From Mobula hypostoma (taxonomy: Eukaryota): DNA of 64,000 nucleotides. Of this stretch, positions 12,897-25,814 are shown one piece after another (the first letter of the stretch is position 1; each line of letters begins with the position of its first letter). The DNA lies in assembly GCF_963921235.1 (NCBI RefSeq), contig NC_086108.1:12648001-12712000 (forward strand). The letters are read 5' to 3'. Both the position numbers and the translations under genes were made by a program. Below the pieces are notes generated by a model, which saw only the letters and a program-made list of their open reading frames with translations, had not been told where the DNA came from and made no database searches.

Positions 12897-15655
12897 ATAG
12901 AATATAGAACATCAAACAGTATAGGCCTTTCGGTCCATAATGTTGCGCCAACCATTTGACTTACTTTAATGATCAATCTAACACTTCCCTCCCACATAGC
13001 AATCACTCGTTCTTTCATCCATGTGATTATCTAAGGGTGTCTTAAATGTCTCTAATGTATCTGCCTCTACCACCACTCCTGGCAGAGCGTTTCATGCACA
13101 TACCACTCTCTGTGTAAACAAAAATACTACTTCTGACCCCCTCCCTATACTTTCCTCCAATCACTTTAAATTATCTCTCTTGTATTAACCATTGCTACCC
13201 TGGGGGCAAAAACAATGCTGTCTGTCTACTCAGTCTACACCTCTGATAAACTTCTACTATCTCCATCAAATCACCTCTCATCCTCCTTCACTTCAAAGAG
13301 AAAGGCCTAGCTTGCTCTAACCCATCTTCTTAAGGCATGTTCTCTAATCCTGGCAACACCCTGGTAAATCTCCTCTGCACCGCCTCTAAAGCTTCCACAT
13401 CCTTCTTATAATGAGGTGACCAGAACTGAACACAATACTACAAACGTGGACTGACTAGCGTTTTATACAGCTCACACCCCTTGAACTCAATCCCTTGACT
13501 AATGAAGGCCAGCCCACCATACACTTTCTGAAGCACCTTATCAAATTGTGTGGCAACTTTGAGGGACTTATGGGCATGGATCCTGAGATTTCTCAGTTTC
13601 TCCACATGTACTCTTCCTTCAGTTTGTCCTTCCAAAGTGAATTCATTTGTCCTTTTCTGGATTGAACTCCATATGTCACTTCTCAGCCCAGTTCTGCATC
13701 CTCTGAATGTCCCATTGTAATGTACGGCAACTTTCAAGCCAAGCCACTGGGTACATTTAAGGCAGAGGTTGATAAGATTCTTGATTAATTAGAGCATGAA
13801 GGGATATGAGATGAGGAAAAGGCAGAAAATTGGGGCGGAGAGGGAAAATGAATCAGCTGTGATTGAATGGTGGAGCAAAATCTGGGCCAAATGGCCTAAT
13901 TCTGCTCCTATATCCTATGGTCTTTCTACACTCTCCACAACAGCATCAACCTTTGCGTTACCCCTAAACTTATCTGTCATTAATAAAAAAAAACACAAAG
14001 ACCAGGGGTCACAGAACATAACCAGTCATGGACTTCTAGGCCTCATATATTACCACCCTCTGACTTCTGTGGGTGAGCCAATTCTGACTCCACAGTGCCG
14101 TTTACCTGGATCCCATGCTTCTAGACCTTCTGAATCAGCCAACCATTAACTGCCATATACACCACATCCACTGCTCTACCTTCAAGAGCCCTGACTTATC
14201 CTTACTTTCTGCACCTTAAGTATGGTTCTTTCTTTCTTTAGATGTTCCATTCCTTTTGTTAATCATGCTTCCTCCATCTTGCCATCCTTTCCCTGCCTCA
14301 ATGGGACAAATCTATCCAGAACCCCTTGCGAGTGCTCCTAGGCAACTTCCATATTTCTGTTGTACATTTCTCTGAGTACATCTGTTCTCAATTTATGCAC
14401 CTAATAGCACTGTGATTGCACCTCCCCTTCCAATTAGGGTTGGAAGGAAATCTTTTGGTACATTGGCCTTCATAAATGTTCAAGAGACATTTGGGTTGGT
14501 ACATGAATGGTAGGGGTATAGAAGGCTATGGTTCCAGTGCAGGTTGATGGGAGAAGGCAGTTTAAATGGTTCGGCACAGACTAGATGGGCCAAAAGGCCT
14601 TTTTCTGTGCTGTACTTTTCTATGACTCCGGCTTTAATTAAATACTTTCCCATACTGTCTACTCCTATCCTTCTCCAAGACTATGGTAAAGGTCAGTAAG
14701 TTGTGGTCACTGTTTCCAAAATGCTCACCGAGCAAGAGACCTGTCACTTGACTGGGTTTTATTAACTAGTACTAGAGCCAGTCGAATCGTGGACCTTATG
14801 CAAGGAAGCGCAACGACAACTGGAGGCATTTGAAATGTGGTGTTTAAGGAGAATGCAGAAAATCAGATGGGTGATGAAGGTCAGTAATATGGAAGTGTTG
14901 AAGAGAGCGAAGAGAGAAAAGGAGCTGCTGCAGAATGTGCAGAAAAAGAAGCTGGAATATGCCGGGCACTTGTTAAGAGGTGGTGGACTGCAGACATTGT
15001 TATTGGAAGGGACGATAGAAGGAAAGAGGAAAGCAGCGAACCACTTGATAGGATAATGTGAGGCAATGGACTGGGTTGAGTTATGCTGAGGCCAGAAAAA
15101 GAGGACAAGATCGAAGAAGATGGAGGTGCATAGCCGCCAACCCCGGATTCGGGATGGCACCCACTGACTGACTGACTAGAGCCAGTATGGCCTCTCCTCT
15201 AGTCGCCCTGTTGAAATACTGCATCAGGAATCCTTGCTGGACACATCTAATAAATTCTGCCCAGTCTAAATCTTTTGTACTAAGGAGGTGCCAATCAATA
15301 TTAGGGAAATTGAAATTACCCATGACAACAACAATGGTATTTTGGAACTTTTCCAAAATCCATCCCCAATCAGTTCCTCAATGTCTCTGCTGCTATTGGA
15401 AGGGTAGGGGGTCTACAGAATACTCCAATAGGGTGATAACTCCCTTCCCGTTTCAGACTTCCACCCACACTGACTCAGCAGGTTCTAGAGAATGTGGCTT
15501 TAAGGTGAGGGGGGTAATTTCAAAGATGTGTGGAGCAAGTTTTTTTTATGCAGAGAGTGGGGTGAGGGAATGGAATGTGGATGCAGGGGTGATGGTGGAG
15601 GTAGATTGGATTGAGATAGTCAAGTGGTTCTTAGTCGGGCACATGTATATCTAGA
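12897..15655. mobile_element. Cluster of old CR1 fragments on both strands
   Basis: AFISQGIEFK..YKTLV on -, VVMGNFNFPNIDW endonuclease on -, 3' UTR pieces on +. Confidence 0.75.
14783..15174 (+). mobile_element. 5'-truncated RTE-clade LINE with a 12-bp TSD
   Basis: LEAFEMWCLRRMQKIRW..VSN.EVL; (ACTG)n tail; TSD ACTAGAGCCAGT at 14771-14782 and 15175-15186. Confidence 0.85.
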
Positions 15656-16404
15656 TTTTTTTTAAAGAGATTAGTTCCTTTCGTATCAGAGAAAGTATTC
15701 AGTATACAACCTGAAATTCGTACTCTTCACAAACATTCTGAAAACAAGAGACCCCGTAGAATGAAAGATAGAACATCCAAGCCCCGGAACTCTTCTCCCC
15801 AGACCCTTCACAGAAGCATCAGCAAGCGCATCAACCCCCTCCCCCCTCCAACTGCACTAGCAAAAGTACCGATCACCCCACCCGCCCACCATGCAAGCAA
15901 CAGCAAAAAGCCCCCAAAGAGACCTTGATCCGGAGTCCATCAAAACTACAGTTCATAACCCAGTGCTTTGGTATCTCAGACAGTCTGTCTCTCCCTCTCT
16001 CCCTCTCCCCCTCCCTCCCTCTATCCAATGAGGGAGAGAGAGGTTACTCCTGCGACACGGAGAGCAGGGACCAGCAGCTCAATGTTAGAACATGCAGAGA
16101 ATGGAGGGATCATGTGCTGGAAGAACATATTATATGTTATTAGCTTCACTAGTTCAGCACAACTTTATGGGCCAAAGAGCCTGCTTATATGCTATATGTC
16201 ATGCTATATTCCATGTTAACAAGGTCGGAGAAGAAATTAGATCAAACGCAATAGAATTTTAGATAAAAATTGAAATTAATTTAGTTAAAAGTGAAACCAG
16301 GATTTTAAATTTTAATACACAAAACTATGAAGGTTTGGTATGCATGTTGGCAGACTAGCAAACAGTAGTAACTAGCAATCGCTAATGCTTAAAGAATATA
16401 CTTA

Positions 16405-16900
16405 TGGAGAGGGTTCAAAGGAGGCTCACAAAAATGATTCTGGGCTTGAATGGCTGTCATATGAGGAGTGTTTGATGGCTCTGGGCCTCTGCTCACTGGA
16501 ATTCAGAAAAATGATGGAGGATCTTATTGAAACTCATCAACTGTTGAAAGGGCTCAACAGAATAGATTTGGAGTGGATGTTTCCCATGGTGGAGGAGTCT
16601 AGTATCAGAGGACACAGCCTCTGAATAGAGGAACGTCCATTTAGAACAGAGATGAGGAGGAATTTCTTTAGCTAGAGAGTGGGGAATTTGTGGAATTTGT
16701 CGCCACAGGTGGCTATGGAGGCCAAGTCATTGGGTATATTTAAGGCAGAGGTTGATAGATTCTTGATTTGTAAGGGCATGAAGGGATATGGGCGTAAGCA
16801 GGAGACTGGGTTTGAGGAAAAGAGGATCAGTCATGATGAAATGGTGGAGCAGAGTCGATGGGCAAAATGGCCTGATTCTGCTCTTATATCTAATGGTTTT
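16405..16900 (+). mobile_element. CR1 3' fragment
   Basis: GLEWLSYEECLMALGLCSLEFRKM. Confidence 0.85.
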
Positions 16901-17469
16901 ATCATATACATCAGTTTAAGGCACAATAAAACCAACAGGATAAGTGGTGCGCCCACAGCTATCAAGAGAAGTTAAGAATAATATTAGATCAAAGGAAAAA
17001 GGCTTATGAAGTTGCCAAGTAGAGCAAAAAGCCTGAGGATTGAAAGCATTCAATTTCAGAACAAAATCCTGACCAAGAAACTGATAAAGAACTGGAAAGC
17101 AGAATGCAAAGGAAATGTAGAAACTCAAAGACGTGCAGGTCAGGAGCTTCATTGGTCACTGTATTACACTTAAGAGTACAGGCAAGGTTTAGAAATAGGG
17201 TGGTGGTGGGGGTGTGAATTTAATGGGACTTCAGGGAGAATGAAAAATGAGATGAATGCAGGATTAGCGTAAATGGGTTGTTGATGGTGAGTGCCAAGTG
17301 GAGTCTCAGTTATCCACATCCAAGGTACCCGAATGAGTAAAACAATGATTTAAGAACTACTTCCAGATTATACAAGAATACAGTTTCCACAAATTTTGTG
17401 GCTGTGGATGAAATCCTAGTGCAGTTCCAAGTACGGTGTTTCACACACTTCCAGTACACAGGACAGATC

Positions 17470-17756
17470 TGGCATCTGCCCTCCTTCTGGGTCCCCTTCT
17501 CTTTCCCTTTCTCCTATGCTCCACTCTCCTTTTTTAACAGATCCTTCTTCTCAGCCCTTAACCTTTTCCACCCACCTGGCTTCACTATCCCCTTCCAGCA
17601 AGCCTCCCTCCCCTCCTTCCACCTTTTTATTCTGGTATCTTCTCCCTTCCTTCTCAGTCCTGAAGAAGGGCATCAGCCCAAAAGGTCAACTGTTTGTTCA
17701 TTTCCACACTGTAGATGCTGGCTGACCTGCTGGGCTCCTCCAGCTGTGTGTGCATG
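17470..17756 (+). mobile_element. Penelope-like tail fragment with a degenerate hammerhead (17655-17692)
   Basis: Same tail as 760-1035; CTGAAGA core present, GAAA mutated to AAAA. Confidence 0.75.
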
Positions 17757-18094
17757 TTTCAAAGGAACATTTAATGTCAGAGAAATATATACAATATACA
17801 TCCTGAAATGCTTTTTCTTTGCGTGTGTATGTTGCACAGAATAGATATCCCATATGTAATCTTCTCACCACACGGAGGAGTGAGGTCAAATCACATAAAC
17901 CAAGTTTAAGAGGTAAGAAACAAAAGATATAATGCTGAAGGGTACTGCACTGTTGGAAGATACCACTGGACAAGCTCTACGTTATCAGACTTGCTACTCA
18001 CTCCATCCACACTTCACACTGCCTCAGTGTAGAAAGCAATATAATCAGAGCCTACACGCATCCTGGCAGAGTCTCCCCTCCGCCCTCCACTCGC

Positions 18095-19400
18095 ATCGGT
18101 TTATTGTTGTTACATGTACCAAGATGCAGTGAAAAGCTTGTCTTGCATATTATTCGTACAGATCAGATCATTACACAGGGCATCAGGTAAAACAATAACA
18201 ATGCAGAATAAAGTTTAAAAGCTATTGAAAAAGTGCAGTGCAGGTAAGTCATAAGGTACAAGATCATAATGAGGTAGATTGTGAGGTGAAGAGTCCACCT
18301 CAACATACAAACTGAAGAATCTGATAACAGTGGAGTGGAAGCTGTCCTTGAGCCTGGTGAAACGTGGTTTCAGGCTCTTGTACCTTCTGCCCGGTGGGAG
18401 AAGGGAGAAGAGAGAATGTTCAGGGTAGGTGGGGTCTTTGATTATGCTGGCTGCTTTACTGAGGCAGCGAGAAGTGTAGACAGAGTCCAGAGAGGCGAGA
18501 CTGGTTCCTGGTTCCCATGACATGCTGGACTGCATCCACAAATCTGCAGTTTCTTGCGGTCATATGCGGAGCAGTTGTTATTCCATGCTGTTACATATCC
18601 AGACAGAATATTTTCTGTGGTACATTGATAAATATTTGTAAGATGTGACAAGGACATGACAAATTGCTTTAGTCTCCTGAGGAAGTAGAGATGTTAGTGA
18701 GCTTTCTTGGTAGTGATAACGTGGACCAGGAAAAGCTATCGGTAATGTTCACACCGAGGAACCTGAAACTTTCAACCACCTTAACCTCAACACCATTGAC
18801 GTAGACCATAAGGCAGAGGAGCTGATTCAGGCCATTCGACCCATCCAGTCTGGAAAACGTGCACTGCAGGTATCATAGCAAGGTAGATTGTGAAGCCAGG
18901 AGTCCACCTTATAGTACAAGAATTCAATTGAAGAGTCTGATAACAGTGGAGCAGAGCCTAGTGGGATGTGATTTCAGGCTTTTGTATCTTCTACGCGATG
19001 GGAGAAGGGAGAAGAGAGTCTGTCCGGGGTGGGCGGGATCTTCGATTCTGCTGGCTGCTATAGTGAGGCAGTGAGGAGTGTGGACAGAGTCCATGGAGGG
19101 GAGGCTGGATCCACAACTCTCAGCTCCTTATTTTGATCACTTGCAGAGCAGTTGCCTTACTGAGCTGTGAAGGATCAGATAGGATGCTCCCTGAGGTGCA
19201 TCATTAAAGTTGTTAAGAGTCAAAGGGTCACGTGGAAGTTCTTTAGGCTCCTGAGCAAATCGAGACATTCGTGAGCTTTCTTGGAGGTGACATCAATGGG
19301 TGGAAACATACAAAAGCCTACTAGGTCCCGGATTATGATAAGATAGACTCCTGACCTCGCAATCTACCTCATCATGGTCTGCCTTTCTCAGCAACTGCAA
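18095..19400 (-). mobile_element. Rex1/L2-like LINE 3' fragments (two copies)
   Basis: LTNIYQCTTENILSGYVTAW..CSAYDRKKLQ; KAASIIKDPTYP.HSLFSLLP.GRRYKSL. Confidence 0.7.
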
Positions 19401-20134
19401 CATTCAGAAACTGCATTGATCTTCCGGTAAGGTGGCAGCATGCGTGAATGCAGCCACTTCTCGGGGGCCAAACAAAGGTGCTTTTCTCTTTGTAAAATTT
19501 GTTTTTTTACGCTCTAACAATTCTACTCCAAGAACATCAGGTACTATTCCATCAGTCAGCATCTCACTAATCAGATTGGATGGACTGGTGTTGGCTGGGA
19601 TGGAGAGAGAGAGAGAGAGAGAGACAGACGCATTATGGAAGGAGCTGGCCCGCCAGTGTGTCGGAAGAGCTGCTCTGGGTGTGGAGGAACTGACTTGGGT
19701 GCAGGCCATGTTGACGTCCGTTGCTCAGAAGCATTGAAGTTGGTGCAGCATAACCATGGGAGATTGTCTCAGACATTGCCTCTTGTGATTGCAGCACTCT
19801 GTTGGACGGTGATAATGTAAGTTGCCACAGGCAGGACGGATGATATGGGAGCCGAGTAGTCTTGGATATAGCGAGCTCTCGGCCTCAAGCCTTGTGCTCG
19901 CCTGCTGCTGCAGACCAGATGAGAAATATGGAAGTGTTATACAGCGTGGCATCTGAGCTCAGCTGGGGCCTGGCCTGACCTGTTGGTATTGCCCAGCAGC
20001 GTTCGAGTGGTAGAATGACAGACTGGATTGCGTGTGTCTGTACACTGCCGGAAGACTGTCCTATCGATTGCTGGACCTTGTTGCACAGGGTCTTGGACGA
20101 TATACATGCTTTGTCAGAGGGAAAGTATGAAGGG

Positions 20135-22555
20135 AACCCACACTGTCAGAGAGGTAGAACTACGGGAGCCCCACGCATCACAGAGTCAGGACAAAATGAA
20201 GCCCCACACTGTCAGAGGGGCATACTGAAGGAGTGTCGCACTGTCAGAGGGGCGGTACTGAGGGAGACCCTCAGTGTCAGAGGGGCAGTACTGAGGGAGA
20301 CCCTCAATGTCAGAGGGGCAGTAGTGAGGGAGACCCACACTATCAGAGGGGCAGTAATGAGGGAGACCAACACTGTCAGAGGGGCAGTAGTGAGGGAGAG
20401 CCTCACTGTCAGAGGGGCAGTACTGAGGGCGACCCACACTGTCAGAGCGGCAGTACTGAGGAGACCAACACTGTCAGAGGGGCAGTAGTGAGGTAGACCC
20501 TCACTTTCAGAGGAAGAGTAGTGACGGAGACCCTCACTGTCAGAGGGGCAGTACTGAGGGAGACCAACACTGTCAGAGGGGCAGTACAGAAGGAATACAC
20601 ATGGTCAGAGGGGCAGTACTGAGGGAGACCCTCACTGTCAGAGGGGCAGTACTGAGGGAGACCAACACTTTCAGAGGGGCAGTACTGAGGGAGACCCTCA
20701 CTGTCAGAGGGGCAGTACTGAGGGAGACCAACACTGTCAGAGCGGCAGTACTGAGGAGACCAACACTGTCAGAGGGGCAGTAGTGAGGTAGACCCTCACT
20801 TTCAGAGGAAGAGTAGTGACGGAGACCCTCACTGTCAGAGGGGCAGTACTGAGGGAGACCAACACTGTCAGAGGGGCAGTACAGAAGGAATACACATGGT
20901 CAGAGGGGCAGTACTGAGGGAGACCCTCACTGTCAGAGGGGCAGTACTGAGGGAGACCAACACTTTCAGAGGGGCAGTACTGAGGGAGACCCTCACTGTC
21001 AGAGGGGCAGTACTGAGGGAGACCAACACCGTCAAAGGGGCAGTACTGAAGGAATCCACATGGTCAGAGGGGCAGTAGTGAGGGAGACCCTCACTGTCAG
21101 AGGGGCAGTACTGAGGGAGACCAATACTGTCAGAGGAGCAGTACTGAGGGAGACCAACACTGTCAAAGGGGCAGTACTGAAGGAATCCACATGGTCAGAG
21201 GGGCAGTACCGAATGAGTGTGACATGGTCAGAGGTGCAGTACTGAGGGAGCTCCACATTGACTGCAGAGGATGTGCAACACCATCTCAGAAGCAGTAATG
21301 AGGGAGCCCCAGGATCTGAATGAAGCGCTGAGGGAGTATACCCTATGAGAGTGATGTTACTGAGGGAGTGCAACACTGTCAAAGGGACAGTATTGAGGGA
21401 GTGCCACACAGTCAGAGGGGTAGATCTGATGAAGCACATCACCATCAGAGAGCAATACTGAGGGGGCCCCGTGCTCTCAGAGGAAGTATCTCACTGTCAG
21501 AGGGGCGATACCGAGGGAGTGTCTGTCAGAGGGGCTGTACTGAGGGAGTGTCTCACTGTCAGACGGGCGGTACTGATGGAGTGTCTCAATGTCAGAGGGA
21601 CAGTACCAAGGGAGTGTCTGTCAGATGGGCTGTACTGAGGGAGTGGCTCACTGTCAAAGGGACACTACCGAGGGAGTGTCTATCAGAGGGGCTGCACTGA
21701 GGGAGTGTCTCACTGTCAGAAGGGCAGTACCGAGGGAGTGTCTGTCAGAGGGGCAGTACTGAGGGAGTGTCTCACTGTCAGAGGGCAGTACCGAGGGAGT
21801 GTCTGTCAGAGGGGCTGTACTGAGGGAGTGTCTCACTGTCAGAGGGGCTGTACTGAGGGAGTGTCTCACTGTCAGAGGGGCAGTACCGAGGGAGTGTCTC
21901 ACTGTCAGAGGGACAGTACCGAGGGAGTGTCTATCAGAGGGGCTGCACTGAGGGAGTGTCTCACTGTCAGAAGGGCAGTACCGAGGGAGTGTCTGTCAGA
22001 GGGGCTGTACCGAGGGAGTGTCTCACTGTCAGAGGGCAGTACCGAGGGAGTGTCTCACTGTCAGAGGGACAGTACCGAGGGAGTGTCTGTCAGAGGGGCA
22101 GTACTGAGGGAGTGTCTCACTGTCAGAGGGCAGTACCGAGGGAGTGTCTGTCAGAGGGGCAGTACCGAGGGAGTGTCTCACTGTCAGAGGGCAGTACCGA
22201 GGGAGTGTCTGTCAGAGGGGCAGTACCGAGGGAGTGTCTCACTGTCAGAGGGCAGTACCGAGGGAGTGTCTCACTGTCAGAGGGCAGTACCGAGGGAGTG
22301 TCTGTCAGAGGGGCAGTACCGAGGGAGTGTCTCACTGTCAGAGGGCAGTACCGAGGGAGTGTCTGTCAGAGGGGCAGTACCGAGGGAGTGTCTCACTGTC
22401 AGAGGGCAGTACCGAGGGAGTGCCGGACTGTCAGAGGGCAGTACCGAGGGAGTGTCGCACTGCCAGAGGGGCAGTACTCAGGGAGCCCCATGCTGTGAGT
22501 TGGACAGTACTGAGCGATCCCCGCACTTTTAGAGGGGCAGTACCAAGGGAGAACC
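20135..22555. repeat. GC-rich minisatellite (33-bp unit changing to 32/27-bp units), core CACTGTCAGAGGGGCAGTACTGAGGGAG
   Basis: Direct tandem periodicity; contains a 295-bp higher-order duplication. Confidence 0.97.
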
Positions 22556-22871
22556 AGACAGGGAGGTTGAAGGTGCATTGTCAACTCTCAGATTACTTGT
22601 TCATTTTCATGCAGATCTGATGATAATATCAAAGATCTGGGACTTCTCCTGTTGTGTTGGGAAAATATTCCATGTTCAAGCACCATTGGCAAATCTATTA
22701 AAAAATTATGTTACATAAATAATTCACTTCTTTTACGGCTGATAGTGGGATCTTCCTCTTTACCAAAATAGCTTCAGGACATGTCTCTGTAGCAGCTAAG
22801 CAAACATTTCTTTGAACAGCTTACATAACTGTACTTAGTTATAAATTAACATTTCCAAATCACTTATGAAC

Positions 22872-22877
22872 TTTATT
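22872..22877 (-). terminator. Candidate poly(A) signal of the TRAPPC6 gene
   Basis: AATAAA on the - strand ~1.15 kb after the stop codon, at the end of unique, non-repetitive sequence. Confidence 0.4.
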
Positions 22878-24016
22878 TACCTCAGAATAAATTACTCTGC
22901 AGAATCTCTTAATCACTTTAATCATTTAAATCCGAGCCCAATACAGTCTAATACAGCAACTCTATTCCGTGAAAATGAGCAGTCAAAACTGTGGGCAGTA
23001 AGTGAATGTGAAAATGGGGCAAGGCTCTGAACCCCAAGGTGCTTCTGATCTCAGGGGTTGGTATTATTACATAAAGAAACAGCCTGGGCTCCATCACCTG
23101 CAGTGGAGAGTATAAACCACAGTTGAGGTCATGTCTCACAGTGAATATTATAAACTGCAGTGTAGACCACAACCCGCAATGCAGATCGCGATTTGTGGTG
23201 TAGAGCGCGAACCTGCCGGTTATGACCCTCCCACTCTCCCGACTCAACAGCTCTGAACATCAGTAGTCTTAGTACACGAAGCCAAATATAGCTTAGGCAC
23301 AAGGGGAATTTTCTCTGGGGGTGACCCTAGTCAGGCACTCAGAGACTTTGAACAATTCAGACTGACTACTCCTTGCTCCGGTCAACAAGTACCACAAGGA
23401 CACATGGGGATGGGTTTGTGCTAAATCCCCCCGTTACTAATATAGGGCAGGCAGATTGAGACTGGGATCTGCAGGTGAGAGGGACAAAGAAGCCGTGGAT
23501 TATCTCTCAATGTCCTTTGGACAGGCTAAGAACCACTTCAGCCTGCTGTCATTACATCTGGATTCTGTACACAAAGCAGTACCACAGGTGCTGAAGCCTG
23601 TTGACAGGGCATTCTCGGGATCACATTGTGTTTTCTCAGATGGAAGATGGAGGAAAACGGGAGGGGAGAGAACAGTTAAGAGTAAGAAACCAAGAACGGC
23701 TGCTCAGGAGATAGTCATAATGTTAATGGTCAGTAACAGCAGGATGATTTTTGTCCTGAGACTGGCCCATAGCAAAGGGACACTTATTGGTAATTCAAGA
23801 ATAATTTTTGTCACTGACTTCCCAGCAAGGGTTCCTTTTATCAGCAGCCATAACTCACTATAAAACAGGCTTTGATTCACTTCTATCCTCATCACAGAAC
23901 CAACTAACAACTTCAAAGTACAGCAGCTATACAGGAAATGATAAGGCACAAATCTGTCTGCAGCTACAGTTGAGCTCTATGCTTCCTCGCTGGTTCTCGT
24001 CCAGCCACACAGAGTC

Positions 24017-24048
24017 CTACGACGCCTGGATCACAATGTGAAATTTAC
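24017..24048 (-). CDS. TRAPPC6A: TRAPPC6-family last coding exon (32 nt including TAG)
   Basis: cccatttcag|(C)KFHIVIQAS*; matches the CKFQV.I C-terminus. Spliced CDS totals 474 nt = 157 aa + stop. Confidence 0.9.
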
Positions 24049-24113
24049 CTGAAATGGGAAACAAATACAGTTACAGGAGTTTCACTGAGACACAATGCAG
24101 GGAGTTTCAAATA

Positions 24114-24193
24114 TGTGTGTGTGTGTGTGTGTGTGTGTGTCTATATATACATACACACACACATATACATATATACACACACACACACACACA
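24114..24193. repeat. (TG)n/(TA)n/(CA)n microsatellite at the Tc1 left end
   Basis: Seen directly in the sequence. Confidence 0.9.
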
Positions 24194-25814
24194 CAGTGGC
24201 ATGCAAAAGTTTGGGCACCCCTGGTCAAAATTTCTGTTACTGTGAATAGTTAAGGGAGTAGAAGATGAACTGATCTCCAAAAGTCATGAAGTTAAAGATG
24301 AAACATTCTTTTCAACACTTTAAGCAAGATTAGTGTATTATTGTTGTTTTGTACAATTTTAGAGTGAAAAAAAGGAAAGGAGCACCATGCAAAAGTTTGG
24401 GTACCCCAAGAGATTTGAGTTTTCAGATAACTTTTACTAAGGTCTCAGACCTTAATTAGCTTGTTAGGGTTATGGCTTGTTCACAGTCACCGTTAGGAAA
24501 GCCCAGGTGATGCAAATTTCAAAGCTTTATAAATACCCTGACTCCTCAAACCTTGTCCCAACAATCAGCAACCATGGGGTCCTCTAAGCAGCTGCCTAGC
24601 ACTCTGAAAATTAAAATAAATGATGCCCACAAAGGAGGAGAAGGCTATAAGAAGATAGCAAAGTGTTTTCAGGTAGCCGTTGCCTCAGTTCATAACGTTA
24701 TTAAAAAATGGCAGTTAACAGGAACAGTGGAGGTCATGTTGGGGTCTGGAAGACCAAGAAAACTTTACAAGAGAACTGCTAGTAGGATTGCTAGAAAGGC
24801 AAATCAAAACCACCGTTTCACTGCAAAAGACCTTCAGGAAGATTTAGCAGACTCTGGAGTGGTGGTGCACTGTTCTACTGTGAAGCAACACCTGCACAAA
24901 TATGACCTTCATGGAAGAGTCATCAGAAGAAAACCTTTCCTGCGTCCTCACCACAAAATTTAGTGTCAGAAGTTTGTAAAGGAACATCTAAACAAGCCTG
25001 ATGCATTTTGGAAACAAGTCCCGTGGACTGATGAAGTTAAAATAGAATTTTTTGGCTGCAATGAGCAAAGGTATGTTTGGAGAAAAGAGGGTGCAGAATT
25101 TCATGAAAAGAACCCCTCTCCAACTATTAAGCACGGGGGTGGATTGATCATGCTTTGGGCTTGTGTTGCAGCCAGTGGCGCAGGGAATATTTCAGTGGTA
25201 GAGGGAAGAATTAATTCAATTAAATACCAGCAAGTTCTGGAAGCAAACATCACACCCTCTGTAAAAAAGTCAAAGATGAAAAGAGGATGGCTTCTACAAC
25301 AGGATAATGATCCTAAACACACCTCAAAATCCTCAATGGACGACCTCAAGAGGCTCAAACTGAAGCTTTTACCATGGCCCTCACAGTTCCCCGAACTAAA
25401 TATCATCGCAAATCTGTGGATAGACCTCAAAAGAGCAGTGCATGCAAGATGGCCCAAGGATCTCGCAGAACTAGAAGCTTTTTCCAAGGAAGAATGGGTG
25501 AAGATCCCCCAAATAAGAATTGAAAGACTCTTAGCTGACTACAGAAAGCGTTTACAAGCTGTGATACTTGCCAAAGGTGTGTTACTAAGTACTGACCATG
25601 CAGGGTGTCCAAACTTTTGCTTCGAGCCCTTTTCCTTTTTTGTTATTTTGAGACTGTAAAAGGTGGAAATAAAAAAGTAATCTTGCTTAAAATATTAAAG
25701 AAATGTGTCATCTTTAACTTTATGCCTTTTGGAAATCAGGTCATCTTTTACTTGCTGAGCTATTCACAGTAACAGAAATTTTGACCGGGTTGCCCAAACT
25801 TCTGCATGCCACCG
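24194..25814 (+). mobile_element. Full-length Tc1-family transposon (1621 bp) with long TIRs
   Basis: TIR CAGTGGCATGCAAAAGTTTGGGCACCCC... mirrored at the right end over ~200 bp; end motif repeated internally at ~24386. Confidence 0.95.
24574..25595 (+). pseudogene. Tc1 transposase pseudogene
   Basis: MGSSKQL..GYKKIAK..GRPRK..WTDE..QQDNDPKH..PELNIIANLW; one in-frame TAG at 24961, expected catalytic E appears as A, 1-nt frameshift near the C-terminus. Confidence 0.92.

Noticed and set aside
21705..22620. Long Cys/Arg-rich ORFs (275, 180 and 158 aa)
   Set aside because: Artefacts of a stop-poor minisatellite that is open in several frames.
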